Shown piece after piece: positions 8,683-17,727 of a stretch of DNA of 31,920 nt; the first letter of the stretch is position 1, and each line of letters opens with the position of its first letter. A program made the translations under genes and the position numbers. Where the stretch lies: assembly GCA_046583315.1 (NCBI GenBank), contig JAYGCN010000260.1, forward strand, positions 1 through 31,920. The letters run 5' to 3'. The notes beneath the pieces were generated by a model that was not told where the DNA came from, did no database searches, and was given only the letters and a program-made list of their open reading frames with translations. Origin of the DNA: Candidatus Hydrogenedentota bacterium. Lineage in GTDB: Bacteria > Hydrogenedentota > Hydrogenedentia > Hydrogenedentales > GCA-2746185.

Positions 8683-10263
8683 ATGGCGCGATTTCTACTT
8701 ATAGGCCTGGATGGCGCGGAACCGTCGCTGGTCGAGCGCTGGATGGCGGAGGGGCATTTGCCGAATCTGAAGGCCTTGACCGAGCGGGGTGGCTACATGC
8801 CGTGTCACAGCACGACACCGCACGCGACGTTTCCGGCATGGTCTACCTGCGTGACGGGGGTGAACCCGGGCAAACACGGAGTCATCGATTTTACGCAGAT
8901 GGTCGAGGGTGAATATGCGATTCGATTCATCAATGCGACGGCGCGGAAGCATCCGGCCATTTGGAATGTGCTGAGCGATCAGGGGAAACGTTCGTGCGTG
9001 TTGGGTGTGCCGACGACGTATCCGCCGGACGCGATCAACGGGATTGTGGTTTCCGGTTTTGACTCGCCGGTGTGCACAGGAATAGATAAATCGTTTGTGC
9101 ATCCACCGGAGGCGTACCCGCAGTTCAAGGAGTGGACCTTCGCGGATTTTCAGGAGACGAGCATAGGCGCGGGTTGGCATGAGGCGGCGCTCGATTCGTT
9201 GTTGCGCGGCGTGGCGCGTAAGGAAGGCATGACGCTGGCGGCGTATCAGGAGGAGCCGTGGGATTTTTTCATGGTCGTGTTTGGGGAATCGGATACGGTG
9301 TCGCATCACTTCTGGATGTTTCATGATCCCGAATCGCCGCGGCATCGCGCGGAATATGAGACAGCGATTCAGCAGGTGTATGAACGACTTGATGAAACCG
9401 TCGGGAAACTGGTGGAGGCTTCGGATGAAGACGTCGTGATTGGTGTCGTGTCGGACCACGGCTTCGGCGGTGCGGGAACGGGGGTTGTGTATCTCAATAA
9501 CTGGTTGGCTCAGGAAGGCTATCTTGAATTTGAGGTGCAGCGGGATAGTTTGCTCAAGAAAATGGCGCTGACGTTAACACCTGAATCCTGGCGTGGCGCG
9601 TTGTTTCGGCGATTTCAGGGAATGGCTTCGAAGGCGGAAAGCCAGTCACGGTTTTCGGGTATTGATTTTGGAAAGACGCGCGCATGGTCTGAAGAGCTTA
9701 ATTATTTTCCTTCGATCCGAGTGAATATGGCTGGTCGTGAGCCGGATGGTCAAGTGTCGAAGGAGGAGTACGATTCTTTCTGCGAGGATTTGTGTCGAAA
9801 ACTTGAGACGTGGGACGTGATTGAGAAGGCGTGGCGTCGGGATGAGTTGTACTCGGGTCCATTTGTGGATCGTGCGCCGGATATTATTCTTGAGCTGGCG
9901 TTGGAGGATGGCTATTCGCATTCGTGTTTACGCAGTCGGGGAGGTGATGCGTTTCGTCGCCTGACACCGGATGAACATATTGGTGGAAAAGAGAAGGGCA
10001 TGAACGGGAATCATCGACCGGAGGGTGTATTTTTTTTGTCACAGGCCTTTGATAGAGAGGGTATGTCGTTGCAGGATGTCGCGCCTACGGTTTACGAGGT
10101 ACTGGGCATCGGTGCGCCGGAAATTGACGGACGGAGCGTGTTGGGCGGCAATGTTGAGGTTGGGCCTGAGGTGTCGTCTGGTGCGACCTCGGACGAAGTC
10201 TACACGGCGGAACAGGAAGCGGCGATTGAGTCGCGGTTGCGCGATCTGGGGTATTTTGAGTGA
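8683..10263 (+). CDS. Alkaline phosphatase superfamily protein (type I phosphodiesterase/nucleotide pyrophosphatase-like)
   Basis: IGLDGA, PHATFPAWSTCVTGVNPGKHG (Thr nucleophile region), DTVSHHFW, VSDHGFG, GNHRPEG and C-terminal RLRDLGY. RBS ggag upstream. Confidence 0.88.
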   Translation: MARFLLIGLDGAEPSLVERWMAEGHLPNLKALTERGGYMPCHSTTPHATFPAWSTCVTGVNPGKHGVIDFTQMVEGEYAIRFINATARKHPAIWNVLSDQGKRSCVLGVPTTYPPDAINGIVVSGFDSPVCTGIDKSFVHPPEAYPQFKEWTFADFQETSIGAGWHEAALDSLLRGVARKEGMTLAAYQEEPWDFFMVVFGESDTVSHHFWMFHDPESPRHRAEYETAIQQVYERLDETVGKLVEASDEDVVIGVVSDHGFGGAGTGVVYLNNWLAQEGYLEFEVQRDSLLKKMALTLTPESWRGALFRRFQGMASKAESQSRFSGIDFGKTRAWSEELNYFPSIRVNMAGREPDGQVSKEEYDSFCEDLCRKLETWDVIEKAWRRDELYSGPFVDRAPDIILELALEDGYSHSCLRSRGGDAFRRLTPDEHIGGKEKGMNGNHRPEGVFFLSQAFDREGMSLQDVAPTVYEVLGIGAPEIDGRSVLGGNVEVGPEVSSGATSDEVYTAEQEAAIESRLRDLGYFE

Positions 10264-11354
10264 GTCGTAACGCGCGCATCGCTGTTGTGGGAGCTTGTCC
10301 TTATCCTGTGCCGCAGGGATCGCAGGTGTATCTCACGGAGACCGCCCGGTGTTATCAGGGCTATGGTTTTGAGACGCATCTATGTGTTTATGGCTATGGC
10401 AACGGACCCGATCCGGAGGGATTAACGATACATCGTGCGCCGGGTGTTGTTGGTGCAGATCGTACGAAAGCGGGACCGTCCTGGGCGAAACCGTTGCAGG
10501 ATTGGCGGATGGTTGGTGCGTTGAAGAGAGTCGTCGTGGAGCACGAGATTGATGTGATTGACGCGCACAATTACGAGGCGTTGATTGTGGCGTTGGCGAG
10601 CGGGTGTCGACCGATTATTTATCACGCGCACAATGCGATGCTCGATGAGTTGCGGTATTATCGGGGTTTTGGACTTATCGGGAAGGCCCTTGGTGGGCGA
10701 CTTGATCGCAGGTTTCCAGCGATGGCCGATCATGTCATTGCGCCGCACGAACGCTTGCGGGATTATTTGGTTGAAACGGGATGCGATGCGGATCAAATTA
10801 CGGTTATTCCGCCGTCGATTGATCCGAAACCCTTTGCGAGTGACAAAGTGTACGACGAAAATCCGATGGTGTTGTACTCGGGTAATTTGGACGCGTATCA
10901 GAATCCGGGAATGTTGCGAAAGGTGATGGGTGAAGTCAAGAAGGCCCGACCTGGGACGCGCTGCGTTGTCGCCACCAATGATGTTTCGGCGTTGCCCTAT
11001 GCCGAGTTGGTGCCGATACCGGACGGGGATGCTGCGTGTGCGGTGTTGCAGCAGGACGCGGTATTTATCTGTCCGCGCACGTCCTGGTCGGGCTATCCGA
11101 TTAAGTTACTCAATGCGATGGCGGCGGGATTGCCTGTGGTGGCCTGTGCGGGGTCGGCCTATCCGGTGCAGGATGGGGAAACCGGGGTGATCGTGCCGGA
11201 TGACAATGTGGAGGCGATGCGTGAGGCGGTGTTGGGGTTGCTGGATGATGCCGAGACGCGTCGAAGGATGGGCGCGGCGGGACGACGGCGTTGTGTTGAC
11301 CTCTACGCTCAACGTGGTATGATTCGGGAAATCATTGAACAGGTGAAGGCATGA
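10260..11354 (+). CDS. GT4 (GT-B) glycosyltransferase
   Basis: GTG start overlaps the upstream TGA. PYPVPQGS, DAHNYE, YSGNL, GYPIKLLNAMAAGLPVV, DGETG, RRRMGAAGR. Confidence 0.88.
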   Translation: MSRNARIAVVGACPYPVPQGSQVYLTETARCYQGYGFETHLCVYGYGNGPDPEGLTIHRAPGVVGADRTKAGPSWAKPLQDWRMVGALKRVVVEHEIDVIDAHNYEALIVALASGCRPIIYHAHNAMLDELRYYRGFGLIGKALGGRLDRRFPAMADHVIAPHERLRDYLVETGCDADQITVIPPSIDPKPFASDKVYDENPMVLYSGNLDAYQNPGMLRKVMGEVKKARPGTRCVVATNDVSALPYAELVPIPDGDAACAVLQQDAVFICPRTSWSGYPIKLLNAMAAGLPVVACAGSAYPVQDGETGVIVPDDNVEAMREAVLGLLDDAETRRRMGAAGRRRCVDLYAQRGMIREIIEQVKA

Positions 11355-12106
11355 GCGACGATTCCCTATATTCTATTATCGAAGACGCCAAGCAGTTGGT
11401 GAAGCAGTCCGCGAATAAAAACGGCATGCTGAAGGTGTCCCCTGAAGTGGCGGCGTTGTTTGAGGGGATTGTCGGGTCGACGGGTGGTGCTGACGTGGCT
11501 GCGCCTGCGTTGGTCACTGAATCCCCAGAAATCGTCGGCGGAACACTTGAAGAACTTGCTGCGACTGTTAGTGAATGCATGAAATGTGACTTGTGCAAGA
11601 CGCGGACGCAGACGGTGTTCTCGGACGGGAACGGATCGGCGGGTCTCGTTTTTGTGGGTGAGGCCCCGGGTGAAAATGAGGACAAACAGGGCGTGCCTTT
11701 CGTTGGACGTGCTGGAGAGTTGCTTACGGACATCATCGTGAAGGGCATGAAACTTCGTCGCGAAGATGTGTATATTTGTAATGTGCTCAAATGTCGTCCA
11801 CCGGGCAATCGCGATCCCCTGCCGGAAGAAAAGGATAAGTGCGAACCGTATCTTCAACGGCAGCTGGAACTGATTCAACCCAAGGTCATCTGTGCGCTCG
11901 GTGGGCATGCGGCGAAAACTTTGCTCAAGACGGAGGAATCGACGGGTCGGTTGCGGGGTCGCTGGCATTCGTATCAGGGCATTCCGCTTCGGGTCACCTA
12001 TCATCCCGCGTATCTGTTGCGCAGTCCCGGTGAGAAGCGCAAGACCTGGGAGGATGTCCAGGAAATCATGAAGGTGTTGAACGGCGAAATTACGCCCACG
12101 CCGTAG
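11351..12106 (+). CDS. udg: Family-4 uracil-DNA glycosylase (4Fe-4S)
   Basis: CMKCDLC, VGEAPG, PFVGRAG, NVLKCRPPGNRDP, TYHPAYLLR. ATGA overlap with the GT4 gene. Confidence 0.92.
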   Translation: MSDDSLYSIIEDAKQLVKQSANKNGMLKVSPEVAALFEGIVGSTGGADVAAPALVTESPEIVGGTLEELAATVSECMKCDLCKTRTQTVFSDGNGSAGLVFVGEAPGENEDKQGVPFVGRAGELLTDIIVKGMKLRREDVYICNVLKCRPPGNRDPLPEEKDKCEPYLQRQLELIQPKVICALGGHAAKTLLKTEESTGRLRGRWHSYQGIPLRVTYHPAYLLRSPGEKRKTWEDVQEIMKVLNGEITPTP

Positions 12107-12112
12107 CCGCCT

Positions 12113-13480
12113 ATGCCCGCGCCCATGACTCCACAGACCAATCGTTGGCATCAGTCGCTGATTGTGCGGATAATCGTTCTGTGTATTGTCTTGTTGTTGT
12201 GTATGTTTGCGGCAGTCTATTACTTTACGACGCAATATTATCAACAAACCGTTACGCACATGGAGCAGCGTGCGCTGGATATTGCGGAGCAGGTGCGGGT
12301 GTTGTTCAATGATGCCATCGAGGAACAGGGTAATGAAGACACCTTCGATTTATCCGAACTTTCCGATGGGATTCCGATAGAATTTGAGCTAGATCCAACC
12401 GACGCCGGGTCCGATGATCCCTCTTTGCAGCCAGGCAATGATGGATTCTATTTCGTGGCCAAGCAGGTGGTGCATCTGGATAATGGTCGAAGCCTGATGA
12501 TTACGATGCAGCTGGATATGGATCCGCAGACTGAAATCGTGCGGGCCTTCAAGAATCGCTATCTCCTGTCGATTACGATCGTGTTTGTGTTGACGCTGTT
12601 TGCGCTGGTGCATCTTATCTGGCGGGCATTGCGTCCATTGCGTGACTTGTCTGACTCGATTTCCGAAATCGCGAAGGGCAATCTGCGTACGGTGAAGGCG
12701 ACCGGGACTTCGTCGGAAATTCTGGCGTTGGAGCAGACCTTCAATTCGATGGTTGATTCGCTGAAAGAGAAAGAGGTCGTTGAGAGCAAATTGCGGCAGG
12801 CGCAACGCTTGTCTGCCATTGGGAATCTGGCGGCGGGCGTGGCGCATGACGTGCGCAATCCCTTGAACGCAATCAAGTTGCTGTCCAGCCACGCACTGGA
12901 TTCATTGAATGAGGGGAACGAGCAGACCGCGAAGCAGCTGACGACGATTCGGAACGAGGTGGATCGGCTGGAGGATATCGTGTCGGGATTTTTGTCGCTA
13001 GCCAAAGAAGAAGAGTTGCATTTTGAGATGACAACGATTGATTCGATATTGGAAGAGTGTCTGCGGCTCATACAGAAGGATGCCGAGATGCGCAAGGTGA
13101 CGCTGGTGTCGGAATTGCGCGCGGGCGATACACCGTTGCGGCTGGATTCGCGGAAGATTTCGCGTGCGGTGTTGAATGTGCTGATTAATGCGCTGGAGGC
13201 GTGTCCGGAGGGCGGGCGTGTGCGACTGTTTTCGCGCATCTTGAACGATACCTGTCAGATCGAAGTGCGTGACGATGGGCCGGGTCTGACGGATGATGCC
13301 GCCGAGCGCGTATTTGAGGCGTACTACACCACCAAAGCGATGGGCACGGGGCTGGGGTTGTCGATTACCCGTGGCATCATTGAGGAGCACAACGGGACGA
13401 TTACGATTACCTCTTCCGAGGGCGCGGGCAGTCAGGTGCTGTTTACGATCCCGCTTCCTTCGTCGCTTGGGCAATCATAG
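12113..13480 (+). CDS. Membrane sensor histidine kinase (2 TM, HAMP, HisKA, HATPase)
   Basis: Two hydrophobic segments; H-box AAGVAHDVRNPL; N-box NVLINALEA; G1 DDGPG; F-box region FEAYYTTK; G2 GTGLGL. Confidence 0.92.
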   Translation: MPAPMTPQTNRWHQSLIVRIIVLCIVLLLCMFAAVYYFTTQYYQQTVTHMEQRALDIAEQVRVLFNDAIEEQGNEDTFDLSELSDGIPIEFELDPTDAGSDDPSLQPGNDGFYFVAKQVVHLDNGRSLMITMQLDMDPQTEIVRAFKNRYLLSITIVFVLTLFALVHLIWRALRPLRDLSDSISEIAKGNLRTVKATGTSSEILALEQTFNSMVDSLKEKEVVESKLRQAQRLSAIGNLAAGVAHDVRNPLNAIKLLSSHALDSLNEGNEQTAKQLTTIRNEVDRLEDIVSGFLSLAKEEELHFEMTTIDSILEECLRLIQKDAEMRKVTLVSELRAGDTPLRLDSRKISRAVLNVLINALEACPEGGRVRLFSRILNDTCQIEVRDDGPGLTDDAAERVFEAYYTTKAMGTGLGLSITRGIIEEHNGTITITSSEGAGSQVLFTIPLPSSLGQS

Positions 13481-13518
13481 ATGGCCTCTTTTATGTAAAA
13501 GGGATAGGAGTATTGACT

Positions 13519-14748
13519 ATGAGGATAGCGAGAATTCAATTGCGGCTTATCGTGGCGTTCGCATTCGCTGCTTCGGCTGTTGCTGCGGAACCGCGGCTTG
13601 AAAAGACGAATATTTTTAGTGCTGGGGAGGGCGGGTATGATGTTTATCGAATTCCGGGCGTGGTGGTTACCGCAAAGGGGACTGTGCTGGCGTATTGCGA
13701 GGCGCGTGATTTGCCGGAGGATCGTGCGGGTGCGGATTGGGCGAAGATTGATGTCCTGATGCGTCGCAGCACTGACGGCGGGGTAACGTGGACTGCGCCG
13801 CGGAATTTGATCACCCCTCCAGATGATGTTCAATTGAATCCGCTGGCTGAGGAGCATGGCTACGACGGCACCGATACGGTAACGATCAACAATCCGGTTG
13901 CCGTGGTTGATTATCAGGACGCATCGGTGCATTTTATTTATTGCATCGAATATGCACGTTGTTACTACATGCGCAGCGATGATGACGGCCTGACCTTTTC
14001 GGAACCGGTGGACATTACGGAAACTTTTGAAGGGTTTCGATCGGAATACGACTGGAAAGTGATCGCCACGGGACCAGGCCACGGCATCCAACTGAGCACG
14101 GGTCGACTGCTGATTCCGGTATGGATGTCCCCGGGTACGGGCGGAGGTGCGCATCGTCCCTCGGCGGTGTCTGTCATTTATAGCGACGACCACGGACGCA
14201 CCTGGGAGCGCGGGGAACTTGTTGTGAATCATCCTGAACTCACGAACCCGAGCGAGACGGTTGCGGTGGAACTGGCCGACGGGCGTGTGATGCTGAATAT
14301 TCGCAACGAGACCTACAATCGAGAGACGCGCGGTCGGTATCGGGCGATTTCGATCAGTCCGAATGGGGTCGATGGGTGGAGTCCGGTGCGATTTGATGAG
14401 CAGCTTCCTGAGCCGGTGTGTATGGGCAGTATTCTGCGGGTTAGCACGAAGGCGGAGGGGGACAAGAACCGCATTTTGTTCTCGAATCCCCACAATGCCA
14501 GGACGCAGGAGCGGAAAAATGTTTCGGTCAAACTCAGCTATGACGAGGGCGAGAGCTGGCCGGTCATGCGCGTGCTTGAGTCAGGACACAGCGGATACAG
14601 CGACCTGGCGATGGGTTCCGATGGGAGTATCTATTGTTTCTACGAACGGGACAGCTTCGATAAACATCACCACAACACCAAGTACCTCTGCATCGCGAAA
14701 TTCAACATCGAATGGCTCAGCGAGGGTGAGAACCGTCTGGATGAGTAG
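13519..14748 (+). CDS. Exported GH33 sialidase-family (BNR/Asp-box) protein
   Basis: RBS aggag 13506-13510; signal peptide; YRIP motif; Asp boxes STDGGVTW, SDDDGLTF, SDDHGRTW and SYDEGESW; GPGHGIQ; SGYSD. Confidence 0.88.
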   Translation: MRIARIQLRLIVAFAFAASAVAAEPRLEKTNIFSAGEGGYDVYRIPGVVVTAKGTVLAYCEARDLPEDRAGADWAKIDVLMRRSTDGGVTWTAPRNLITPPDDVQLNPLAEEHGYDGTDTVTINNPVAVVDYQDASVHFIYCIEYARCYYMRSDDDGLTFSEPVDITETFEGFRSEYDWKVIATGPGHGIQLSTGRLLIPVWMSPGTGGGAHRPSAVSVIYSDDHGRTWERGELVVNHPELTNPSETVAVELADGRVMLNIRNETYNRETRGRYRAISISPNGVDGWSPVRFDEQLPEPVCMGSILRVSTKAEGDKNRILFSNPHNARTQERKNVSVKLSYDEGESWPVMRVLESGHSGYSDLAMGSDGSIYCFYERDSFDKHHHNTKYLCIAKFNIEWLSEGENRLDE

Positions 14749-14770
14749 TTCAACCTGCTTCGGGCGTGAA

Positions 14771-14800
14771 TTGACATTGGTAATTGCTGCTGGGTAGATT
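14771..14800 (+). promoter_or_regulatory. Sigma70-type promoter for the PQQ-domain gene
   Basis: TTGACA (14771-14776), 18 nt spacer, TAGATT (14795-14800). Confidence 0.65.
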
Positions 14801-14868
14801 CATGGTGTGAGTAACGTCTTGGGCCGGGCGTTTTTTGAGTATTGTTTTGTCTAAACTGGAGAGTGTTG

Positions 14869-17037
14869 ATGATTATCTTGCGACGTGCGATTTGTTTGGG
14901 TGTATTGGTTCTTGTTTCGGCTCAATTTCAGTTGGACAGTCTGGCGCAACGTCCACCGGCGGAAGGGCGCAAAAAGGCGACGGACCCTCCGGTATTTACG
15001 AAGAAACAATCTGCAGATGGGCGTAAGGCGTATCGGGAGTATTGCGCCTCGTGTCACGGGGCGAAGCTGGAGGGGCTGGATATTGCTCCGGCGTTGAACG
15101 GGTCGCGATTCGATCAGACGTGGCGTGGGAAAGCCGCGGACATTCTTTCGTTTCATGTGCATCGCATGCCGCCGGAGAATGTGGATGCGCCGGTGAATCT
15201 TGATGACGAGACCTATGCGAATATTCTCGCTTATATTCTTCAGATGAACGATTTGGAACCGGGCGACGATGCGTTGCCTTCGGATGCCACCCAACTTGCC
15301 GGACTGTTGATTCCGACGATTCCCGGCATGGATTATGATCCGGTGGTGCCGGTCACGATGACGGATGCGCAGAAGGCTCTGCTTGCGAATCTTCCGTCGG
15401 TTACGACGGAGATGTTGCAGAATCCAGCGCCGGAAAACTGGATGCATTGGGGGCGGACGTATGACGGGCAGAGTTACAGTCCGCTAAAGGGGATTACCAA
15501 GGATAACGTAAAAGATCTGACAGCGTCATGGCGTTCCCCGTTGTTGTTCGGTCCCAGCATGCCGATGCCGCTGGTGGTTGAGGGTGTGATGTTCCTGCAC
15601 ACCTTCCCGGATTCGGTAATCGCAATGGATGCCACGAACGGCGACGTGCTGTGGCGGTATAAGCGTGAGGGACTGGATAAATCATCGAAGAAGATGGGTC
15701 TCGCGATTTACGAAGACAACCTTTTCGTCTCGACCTCTGACATGCACCTGATTGCGTTGAACGCGAAGACGGGTGACGTGGTTTGGGACGAAACGATTGA
15801 TACGAAACTGCCTGGCCAATATGCGGCGGCTATTTTCACGCGGAGTGCGCCGTTGGTTGCGGGCGGCGTGGTGATTCAAGGCACGATGGGCTTCCGCACG
15901 CCTCGCGGCGCGTTTATCGTTGCGCACGATATTGAGACGGGTAAAGAAAAGTGGCGTTTCAACACGGTCGCGGCTCCGGATAAACCGGGCGGCAATACGT
16001 GGAATGATATTCCCGCTAATCAGCGCAATGGCGGATCGGTGTGGCAGCAGGGCACCTACGATCCGGAAACGAATCTGGTGTATTTCGGTGTTGCGCCGAC
16101 ATACGACACGAAACCGTTGCTTGAAGCCACCAAAAAACCGGGCCATAACAATGACGCGATGTATACGAATTGCACCATTGCGCTAGATGCGGGCTCGGGT
16201 GAGTTGGTTTGGTATTACCAGCACATGCAGAATGACCAGTGGGACATGGATTGGGGATTCGAGCGGCAACTGGTTGACCTGCCGGATGGAAAAGGCGGCA
16301 CGATCAAGGCGGTGATGAATGTCGGCAAGATGGTGATGCTGGACGCGCTGGACGCGGCGACGGGCAAGTATTTGTTTACAGTGGACACGGGACTGCAGAA
16401 CATTGTTGCGTCGGTTGACCCGGAGACGGGCAAGAAGACCTACGATCAGACGAAGATTCCGAATCCGGAAACGGGTAGCGACATTTGTCCCACACCCTTT
16501 GGTGCGCGCAGCTGGCCGCAGACGTCGTATAGTCCCGACACGAAGTATGTCTATGTGCCGATTACGGAGTCGTGCATGAGCATTACGGCGACGAACTCGA
16601 ATGGATGGTTGCTGACGACGGGGATCGATTTTGGTGAAGCGGAAGATGCTCATCTCGATGACGGCATGATGGGACGCATGCAGGCGATTGATGTGGCGAC
16701 GCGTAAATTGGCGTGGAATACGGACGTGGATAGGCCGATTTCGACTGGAGTGCTTTCCACCGCGGGCGGCGTGGTCTTCGCGGGGGACATCGACCCTTCG
16801 CTGAAAGCTTTCGACGATGCGACCGGAAAATTGTTGTGGGAAGCGCCGTTGGATGACGCGCCGAGCTCGAGTGTGATCACCTACCAAGTTGGCGAAACCC
16901 AATACATCGCCGTCGTCGTCGGCATGACCAACAACCACGTCCGCGACATCACCGGCCACTACCGTCGCTGGAGCGGCACCAAAGGCATTCCCGGTGACCA
17001 GGGCGGCGCGAGCATCTGGGTCTTCGCGCTGAAGTAG
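14869..17037 (+). CDS. Exported PQQ-binding beta-propeller dehydrogenase-like protein with an N-terminal c-type cytochrome
   Basis: RBS ggaga before ATG 14869; signal peptide; CASCH...MP cytochrome c; NWMHWGRTYDGQSYSPL; repeated A[LM]DAxTGxxxW Trp-docking motifs; GGSVWQQGTYDPE; WYYQ..NDQWDMD; LSTAGGVVFAG; QYIAVVVG. Confidence 0.85.
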   Translation: MIILRRAICLGVLVLVSAQFQLDSLAQRPPAEGRKKATDPPVFTKKQSADGRKAYREYCASCHGAKLEGLDIAPALNGSRFDQTWRGKAADILSFHVHRMPPENVDAPVNLDDETYANILAYILQMNDLEPGDDALPSDATQLAGLLIPTIPGMDYDPVVPVTMTDAQKALLANLPSVTTEMLQNPAPENWMHWGRTYDGQSYSPLKGITKDNVKDLTASWRSPLLFGPSMPMPLVVEGVMFLHTFPDSVIAMDATNGDVLWRYKREGLDKSSKKMGLAIYEDNLFVSTSDMHLIALNAKTGDVVWDETIDTKLPGQYAAAIFTRSAPLVAGGVVIQGTMGFRTPRGAFIVAHDIETGKEKWRFNTVAAPDKPGGNTWNDIPANQRNGGSVWQQGTYDPETNLVYFGVAPTYDTKPLLEATKKPGHNNDAMYTNCTIALDAGSGELVWYYQHMQNDQWDMDWGFERQLVDLPDGKGGTIKAVMNVGKMVMLDALDAATGKYLFTVDTGLQNIVASVDPETGKKTYDQTKIPNPETGSDICPTPFGARSWPQTSYSPDTKYVYVPITESCMSITATNSNGWLLTTGIDFGEAEDAHLDDGMMGRMQAIDVATRKLAWNTDVDRPISTGVLSTAGGVVFAGDIDPSLKAFDDATGKLLWEAPLDDAPSSSVITYQVGETQYIAVVVGMTNNHVRDITGHYRRWSGTKGIPGDQGGASIWVFALK

Positions 17038-17058
17038 GGTTGAACGGCGCGTCCTAAT

Positions 17059-17643
17059 CTAGCCATTGGGAAATTCTGATAACTGCCGAACACCGTCGGC
17101 CTGATTGAGGTGGCGTTCAGCGTGGGTGACGAGGATATTGAAAGCGTCAGTGGCGTTGATGCGGATGATTCGCGCAACCCGGGAACTGAGTTTGATTCGA
17201 TTGTGATCGAGTCCGTCGCAATCGGTTATCAATTTCGCGATGTTTTCGTGGCTTTGGACAAATCGATCTGCTATGTCTTCGGAAATCGGGGATTGAGTTG
17301 GCGCGAAGAGTTTTGGTGCGGACATTGTGCGCCTGGCCGTGGGTTCCATTGCCCGTAGAATCAGGCGGCCCATCAGGGTGTGGCGGGGTTGAAGGTCGGC
17401 TTGGACATTGAGTTGATTGTTGCGGGCACCTTCAATGGCGGGCCCAAGTTTTTCGGCGTAGCGATCGGCCCCCACGAGCGTATGTTCAAAGCACTGAGCG
17501 ATGCTCCATTTGTCTTCGCCCGGTTTCCAGTTGAGTTGTTCCGGGGTGAGATCTTTTGGGATGGCCGCGGCTCGTTCGCAGGACTATTCCAGACCTTCGT
17601 GCATCTCTTTTAGAAAAGAGGATTCAATCTCACCTTCGCCCAT
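17059..17643 (-). pseudogene. DinB-family (DinB_2) gene interrupted by an in-frame TAG at 17586-17584
   Basis: RBS AGGAG (17655-17651) lies 7 nt before ATG 17643. The frame reads [53 protein letters not shown]... and continues in frame into the tracked 138-aa ORF ending ...THAERHLNQA. Confidence 0.8.
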
Positions 17644-17712
17644 CGCGTCGCTCCTGTCATGGTGTTTGTTAGGGTATCATTTCTTTTGATCCGGGCCGAT
17701 GGAAAAGTTGTT

Positions 17713-17727
17713 GTATAAAGTTTATAC
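17713..17727. promoter_or_regulatory. Perfect 7-1-7 inverted repeat, candidate operator
   Basis: GTATAAA-G-TTTATAC in the AT-rich divergent intergenic region 17644-17772. Confidence 0.35.

Noticed and set aside
11351..12106. UdgX or phage-related UDG
   Set aside because: No KRRIH loop; the motifs fit an ordinary family-4 UDG and there are no phage genes nearby.
14530..17037. Compositionally distinct 3' ends as DGR variable regions
   Set aside because: I saw no template repeat copy and no reverse transcriptase in the window.
3837..17041. Identical 11-mer gaagtagggtt at two gene ends (3837 and 17031)
   Set aside because: Short, largely explained by Lys codon + TAG, and the sequences diverge immediately after.
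17584..17586. Genome-wide TAG recoding
   Set aside because: TAG terminates many bona fide genes here (e.g. at 227, 2726, 12106, 13480, 14748, 17037, 29261 and 30136).
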